A stretch of 64,000 nucleotides of DNA from positions 12,727 through 76,726 of the IMG/VR virus record IMGVR_UViG_3300036402_000303; one strand, 5' to 3'. Each line of letters starts with the position of its first letter. Within the stretch, counting starts at the first letter, position 1. A program made the position numbers and the translations under genes. Positions 58,737 to 64,000 of the stretch are shown in pieces. A model generated the notes under the pieces. The model was not told the DNA's origin, searched no databases, and saw only the letters and a program-made list of their open reading frames with translations. This DNA is from a virus.

Positions 58737-58792
58737 CAAATTAGGCCAGTCGCTATTTCAACTTAGGCCAATACAGGTCGAAACAGGCCACT
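58737..58792. repeat. Phased triple AGGCCA repeat, copy 4
   Basis: AGGCCA at 58743, 58765, 58785. Confidence 0.85.
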
Positions 58793-58916
58793 GAGGCGGC
58801 CTCGGAGTAGATGAAGATGTTTCATTCAAGCTGCTGACCAAGCGCGATTGGATAGAAATACATGCCGTTGAAAAGGTCGAACCCGCACCGACATTGAAGT
58901 TCTCAGGAAAGCTCAG

Positions 58917-59648
58917 TCAGCCGGTCTCCCGGATGGGAGTTTGGAACCCTGGGCTGTTGCGTCCGAACAGCTCCAGGTATTGCTCACGAACGGCGGTGTG
59001 ACACTCGCACGCTCGCTCCTCCACTCGCATAATGCTCAGGATCTTGACCCTGCCTCTCCGGTAGAAAATGAGGCCTTCCTTTGCAAGCTGAGTAGCAATT
59101 CCAGTGACACTGGTTCGCCGCACGCCCATCATCTGCGCCATGAACTCCTGCGTAAGCGGCATTTCCGTACCAACGAGGTCGTACATCCGGACAAGCCACT
59201 TGCACATGCGCTGCTCGATATTGTGCAAGGCGTTGCAGCCGGTGGTCTGTTGAATTTGGGCCGTGAGAAAGACTTCATACTTGATAAGGAGAGCCAGCAA
59301 ATCAGGCGAAGATTGGGTGACCGCCTTCAGGTGGTCTGCATCCACTATGGTTGCCGAGCCAGGCGCCTGCACCACGACTTTATGCAATGACATTTTACTA
59401 TCGAGCGCTTGAGCAGCGCCGAAGACGCCGTCATTACCGATCATGCCTGTTTCTATGGCCTCACCACCTTTCATCTCAACCAAGCATGAGATGATTCCTG
59501 AGTGAGGAAAGTACACGTGCTGCACTCGTTGTCGGCTATGCGCCAACACCTGACCGTGCTTGAGCTCAACTACTCTGAGCCGGGGCCGCATGTCTTCGAG
59601 ATCGACACGGGTTATCCTGTCTAGGATTTGATTTCTTGCATGTGGCAT
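58917..59648 (-). CDS. Crp/Fnr family transcriptional regulator
   Basis: VYFPHSG..IGNDG..LTQEFMAQMMGVRRTSV..YRRG..ACEC. Confidence 0.92.
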   Translation of the reverse strand: MPHARNQILDRITRVDLEDMRPRLRVVELKHGQVLAHSRQRVQHVYFPHSGIISCLVEMKGGEAIETGMIGNDGVFGAAQALDSKMSLHKVVVQAPGSATIVDADHLKAVTQSSPDLLALLIKYEVFLTAQIQQTTGCNALHNIEQRMCKWLVRMYDLVGTEMPLTQEFMAQMMGVRRTSVTGIATQLAKEGLIFYRRGRVKILSIMRVEERACECHTAVREQYLELFGRNSPGFQTPIRETG

Positions 59649-59954
59649 GTGCGCTCTCAAGCCTGGGCAGGCGAAAGCGCTATCCACCGACGCCTACGGT
59701 CACCACCGTTCGGTGATGAAAGCCAGTTTGGGCTTCAAGAAGAGCAATAGCGAGTCAAAAAACAACGCTCACTTGTGCTGTGTCAGCTACCCGACTTATG
59801 TCGCGTCTGTTAGGCGATGCCTGCATGCAGTGCACAGATTACGTCATGCAGGCTGTCGGACATGTGGGCATCTTCAAACGCGCGATCGGCGCGCCGATGA
59901 TGCCGGAACGATCAACACAACAGCCGGTTGCCTCTTGTCGGAAGGAGGTGTCGG

Positions 59955-60200
59955 ATGGGACGTTTCTACTTCCATTTAAAGGATGGCGAGGAGATATTCC
60001 ACGATGACGAGGGAGCCGAGTTCCCAGATGTCGACGCTGCCAAACAAGAGGCCGAGCACTCCGCCCGGGAATTTCTCTGTGAAGCTCTAAAGACCCGCAA
60101 ACCAAGGGTTCCGGGAGCCTTTGTAATTGCAGATGAGGCCGGACGGACGCTGTACGTATTGCCGTTAGCCGCCGTCCTACCAGAACCCCTCAAGAAGTAA
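59955..60200 (+). CDS. DUF6894-like small protein
   Basis: MGRFYFHL..DDEGAEF..IADEAG; GGAGG RBS. Confidence 0.8.
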   Translation: MGRFYFHLKDGEEIFHDDEGAEFPDVDAAKQEAEHSAREFLCEALKTRKPRVPGAFVIADEAGRTLYVLPLAAVLPEPLKK

Positions 60201-60275
60201 GGCCACCCAGCAATGGCATTTCGTGGATAGGCCACAAGGGCATCCCGCCTGGCGCAAGGCGGTCTGCGGGAAGCT

Positions 60276-60725
60276 TCATGCCCGCTGCAGCGTCATATGA
60301 GCGTCTTCGATATGCCGATCGACCCCTGCAATATCGATCTCGGCGCCGCAGAAGCAGCGCGACCGGCCACGGCTCAATTGCGTCGGCAGCGGCAGACCCC
60401 GGTCGTGCATCGTATATTTCCACGCCGTGAACACACGCTGGCGCCGATGCTGGGCGAAGTCGGCCTCGGTGCACAGCGGGAGATAGGTCTTCCATGCTGC
60501 CTCGAAGGCGGCGCGGGCCGCGTCGAAGCTTTCCGCTGTACCGCCGCGGCTCTTTCCCCGTTGATCGAGCGGGTAGAAGCCAATGCTCCAGCCCCATTGG
60601 TGGGCATGGACCGGCACGCCTGGCCGGACCGTGACGTCTCCGATGTGGACGTCGCCGAAATAGACGTCCCAGCAGTGCTGGCGATCGGGATGGCGGCGGC
60701 GGGTGAGGGTGGACATGCGGCCCAT
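60276..60725 (-). CDS. Conserved hypothetical protein
   Basis: LTRRR..WGWSIGFYP..ARAAFEAAW..CFCG. Confidence 0.75.
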   Translation of the reverse strand: MGRMSTLTRRRHPDRQHCWDVYFGDVHIGDVTVRPGVPVHAHQWGWSIGFYPLDQRGKSRGGTAESFDAARAAFEAAWKTYLPLCTEADFAQHRRQRVFTAWKYTMHDRGLPLPTQLSRGRSRCFCGAEIDIAGVDRHIEDAHMTLQRA

Positions 60726-60935
60726 GAAACCGCAGGCCGATCGGCGAGTCGAATCCGCTAGATGTTGCGGCAGGAACCCAGCAGGGCTGCAGCCGGTCGT
60801 GACATGCCTCCCTTGCGACTCAAAATCTGCCCGCCACGACTATGAAACGGGGATGGCAAAGTGCGCCATAGGCCCGCCGCGACTCAGGATTCGGCTCCGC
60901 ATTGGCGCAATCATGCGCTTCAACGGAGCAGACAG

Positions 60936-61886
60936 ATGGTAAGTAAAAGGTCAGCTGTTCAATCTTCGCGCAGTGACAACATTAAAGTCGGCCTAGCGAA
61001 ATGGCGCGATGTCCCGCCCGGCGTGATCCCGCCTCCGATCGCGGATGAATTTATGGCGAGGTTGCAAGCAGGAAGCACAATCAGAAAATTGACAGGCGGA
61101 GGTAAATGCGGAGCACCGATGGTGCCCGGTGATCGCTTCAAGAAGCACTGCGCCTCGAACCCGGAATGGGCTGAAGAGGCGTGGAAGATATCGAAAAAAA
61201 ATGTTTTGTTCCTCAAGGGATACAATCGAAACCGAACCCACTGCATCCACGGTCACGCGCTGATCGGCGACAATCTTTACGTTTCTCCCGGTCGCACGGA
61301 GCGAAAGTGTCGGACCTGCTTGAACCAGCGATACAGTGCGCCGATGCCCCCTACCCAAGAGCAGATCCAGCAGGCGACGGCCGCATTGAATGCAGGAAAA
61401 TCTATCACCGAAGTCTGCAATGGGAGGGTAAATGGCAAGAGGGTCTGTGAGCCGATCTTCAGCTTTCGCAAATTAAAATTTCTCCGCTCGCAAAATCTCA
61501 AGTTTCATAAATTCGTTTTGTCGGTCTCCGTTGGCTCCGGCAGCCGGGCGCAAATGCGGCGCTATCATCCGGAGAAGGCACAAAGGGAAATCACTCGTGC
61601 TGGAACCAATGATTTCCATCAGATCGTAGGTATGGTGCCGCGCCACCTACCGCCCGACGCTCGGGACGATATCGCGCAAACAATCATGATGGCACTGCTC
61701 GAAGGCAGGCTGCAGAGAGATCAGATTGCAGCTCATATTCGAACGTTCGTTCAAGATCGTAATCGGATGTTTCCGCCGAAGTTCGCCAAATTTGGCGATG
61801 CAAGTTTGGTCTCGTTAGACGAAGTCATGTTCGAGGACGGATCAACGACCAGGGGCGACACGGTGAGCCGCGGTCTCTGGGATTAG
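60936..61886 (+). CDS. Hypothetical protein with phage-type Zn finger and possible sigma-like C-terminus
   Basis: THCIHGH..CRTC; RDDIAQ..LVSLDE. Confidence 0.6.
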   Translation: MVSKRSAVQSSRSDNIKVGLAKWRDVPPGVIPPPIADEFMARLQAGSTIRKLTGGGKCGAPMVPGDRFKKHCASNPEWAEEAWKISKKNVLFLKGYNRNRTHCIHGHALIGDNLYVSPGRTERKCRTCLNQRYSAPMPPTQEQIQQATAALNAGKSITEVCNGRVNGKRVCEPIFSFRKLKFLRSQNLKFHKFVLSVSVGSGSRAQMRRYHPEKAQREITRAGTNDFHQIVGMVPRHLPPDARDDIAQTIMMALLEGRLQRDQIAAHIRTFVQDRNRMFPPKFAKFGDASLVSLDEVMFEDGSTTRGDTVSRGLWD

Positions 61887-61920
61887 GGCAGAGCTATGCG
61901 GGCGGCCTGTCAATAATGCC

Positions 61921-62169
61921 TTAGCCGCTCGCTTTCCGGCGTTCCTTCTCTTCCTCGTATTTTTTCGTGATCTCGCGAACTTTAGCTATGAACGGCGCCG
62001 GACGTTCCAAATTACGCTGTTGACGCTCGTATTTCACGCGATAACCGCGAATGCATTCGCGGCTGACGCCGAAGACGACACCAATAGAATCGTTGGTTCG
62101 CTTCGGATCCGATGCGAATATCGCCTCTACTTTTTCGCGATCGACTTTCTTGTTCACCGGGTTTGTCAT
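61921..62169 (-). CDS. Small HTH protein
   Basis: TNDSIGVVFGVSRECIR. Confidence 0.55.
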   Translation of the reverse strand: MTNPVNKKVDREKVEAIFASDPKRTNDSIGVVFGVSRECIRGYRVKYERQQRNLERPAPFIAKVREITKKYEEEKERRKASG

Positions 62170-62312
62170 GGGGTGATTCTCCTATCGTAACTTTACCGTT
62201 TTTTGCAGCCGAGGAACACCCGGCCGGAGCTTGCAGCCTGCAGCACACTGGACTTTCCCTGCACATCTATCATGAGTGGTTCGCCGGCTTCGGTCCGGGA
62301 GGTTCGCAATGT

Positions 62313-63038
62313 TCAATCGATGATCCGTTTTGAAGCATCCGCGCTTCCATAAACCGCCGGCAAACCAATTCGGTTTGACAAAGCCTTCGCTTCAGCGGGA
62401 GTAAGCCACGCCGGCGGAATATACATCTTACTCTCACGGCAACCTTTGACCATGTGGTGAACGTCTTTCAAGTACCAGTCCCATCGCTCCAGCTTGGGAT
62501 TAATGATCTTGCGAGAACTCCACACCTCGACCGCTTGCAACACGTCAATCGGTTGTTCTGAAACATACCAGTTCAACGGATCGTCACCTGCCTCGATCGC
62601 AGACTCATTGAGATCGCGTCCCTCAGCTGTCGAATAGCCTGGATAATCGGCCCAACGCGTGAAGGGCAAATTACCAAGCGGGAATCCCAATGCCAGCCGG
62701 TTGAGCGCAATCACGTCGCTCATGTCCCTATCGCCCTCCTGTTTCTTTTGCTCTCCGGTGTACTTATCGATGTAAAAAATCGAAGTTCTCCGAAGGCAAT
62801 TCGGCACCTCAATCCGGGTCGTGAACCAGGCCAGTGGTGGAAAATCGCTCATGGCCCGCCGCTTCAAAGCATCGGTCCCGAGCTCGCCAAGTCGCGGGTG
62901 ATAGACCGGCGGTGACTGCCCCTCCAGGTTAATCTGGCCAGACATCCAAATCAGATTTGTCCGGAGGGTGCTGGTATGGTGATAGACGATCGGGCCTCGT
63001 TGATCCGCTGCCTGACGTCGGCGCCTTGCCTCTCCCAT
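62313..63038 (-). CDS. Hypothetical protein, possible ADP-ribosyltransferase-like fold
   Basis: VYHHTS..IWMSGQI..LAWFT; GAGGAG RBS. Confidence 0.55.
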   Translation of the reverse strand: MGEARRRRQAADQRGPIVYHHTSTLRTNLIWMSGQINLEGQSPPVYHPRLGELGTDALKRRAMSDFPPLAWFTTRIEVPNCLRRTSIFYIDKYTGEQKKQEGDRDMSDVIALNRLALGFPLGNLPFTRWADYPGYSTAEGRDLNESAIEAGDDPLNWYVSEQPIDVLQAVEVWSSRKIINPKLERWDWYLKDVHHMVKGCRESKMYIPPAWLTPAEAKALSNRIGLPAVYGSADASKRIID

Positions 63039-63049
63039 CCGACTTCTCC

Positions 63050-64000
63050 TCAAACCGTTCGTGTCAACGCAGTACGAGGAGCATCGATTGGCAGTTGGCT
63101 CGGCACCGCGTAGCCCTTTGGACATTCGATGATGCACTTGTCGATGCCACGAACCGCAATGGACAGCATCCCCGCCTGATATCGTCGCCGCTTCGGGTTG
63201 TCTTCCGTATTGGCGTAGCTGCAGATCGTCTCCAGCGAGGCCGGCTGAAAAAATCGCTCGACGTCCTTCAGCTTGTCAATGAACTGTTCGGCCCGACGGG
63301 CAAGTCCATCTAGGCGAGCCCTCAAAGCACCGATGGCGCCCGCAATCTTTTCCGCCTCTCCGACGAGCAGAATCTGAATCCCGGCCGTTTCGTTCATCAG
63401 CTTCTCGAAGTCCAACTTGATATCAGTTTTTTCCGCGCAAAGATATTTTGGTAGCTCCGCCTTGGTGATGCGCGGATCGAGTTCAGCAAGAGCGGGCAAG
63501 CTGTCGTAGACCCAGCCCATCTGGTGGTCTAGTTGACCGCGGAGCCGGCTGAACTGTTTGCAGACATCGGAAGAAGCGATTGTGTCAAGCCACGCGACGA
63601 ACGGGGTCACGGCGTCTCGGATTTCGCGAACCCGCCTCAAGGCGTCTCGACGCGTGACCGCAGCGTCGAAATCGGCGGTGTATTGGTCGAAGTCCTCATC
63701 GTAGATCGACTTGGCGCAAATGTGCCCCACCATGAACCTGGTGCCGTCGACGTTCATGACAAACCCGGCCTTGTGTTTGTGATGCCCGTGCACGCATGTA
63801 TATCTCTCGACGTCTTCCCCCCGATGGTCGTATTTGTACTCCACGTGGGCATCGAGGTAGTTGACCGGAACCTCTAGCACGAGCCCTCCGACAGCTTCCG
63901 GGTCGTCGATCTCAAGATCCAGATCGATCAGGCGATCGTCACTGACGCTTGCCCAGTGGCTCTTCTGATTGCTGGTGGTCCTCGTCTTTGCGATCGGCAT
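63050..64000 (-). CDS. Hypothetical protein with Cys/His motif and coiled coils (may extend beyond window)
   Basis: CVHGHHKH..GHICA; 316-aa ORF reaching the window edge. Confidence 0.6.
   Translation of the reverse strand: MPIAKTRTTSNQKSHWASVSDDRLIDLDLEIDDPEAVGGLVLEVPVNYLDAHVEYKYDHRGEDVERYTCVHGHHKHKAGFVMNVDGTRFMVGHICAKSIYDEDFDQYTADFDAAVTRRDALRRVREIRDAVTPFVAWLDTIASSDVCKQFSRLRGQLDHQMGWVYDSLPALAELDPRITKAELPKYLCAEKTDIKLDFEKLMNETAGIQILLVGEAEKIAGAIGALRARLDGLARRAEQFIDKLKDVERFFQPASLETICSYANTEDNPKRRRYQAGMLSIAVRGIDKCIIECPKGYAVPSQLPIDAPRTALTRTV

Noticed and set aside
50558-58792. CRISPR array or integron attC sites
   Set aside because: Copies are kilobases apart, are direct-repeat triplets rather than palindromic R-box hairpins, and no cas or IntI gene is present

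Overview
High-GC alphaproteobacterial DNA; the small-protein content looks Bradyrhizobium-like. It has three parts. (1) 1-8198 is the right part of an integrative element. It carries a serine resolvase (cut by the window edge), a solitary 1056-aa tape-measure-like protein, small lipoproteins and a tyrosine integrase that abuts the 3' end of a tRNA-Thr(GGT) fragment. (2) 8199-~49900 is an apparently near-complete lambda-like siphovirus prophage: integrase/xis, leftward early genes, cI/cro switch with GTAGG-N5-CCTAC operators, primase and helicase, cos/terminase, head, tail with a -1 frameshift chaperone, two tail fibres, lysis genes and a Dam-type methylase. (3) ~50000-64000 is a decayed accessory region of small genes (LigD ligase domain, SRAP remnant, Crp/Fnr regulator, Zn-ribbon microproteins, IS1-like transposase remnant), punctuated by four co-oriented copies of a phased AGGCCA repeat. 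The three most notable signals are: (a) a LexA-boxed cassette downstream of cI encoding a Nal1-like trypsin protease plus a stand-alone copy of its own N-terminal domain; (b) the phased-repeat, cassette-like array at 50.5-58.8 kb; (c) the orphan tape measure protein in the element next to the prophage. All family assignments come from motif recognition by eye; no database searches were run.
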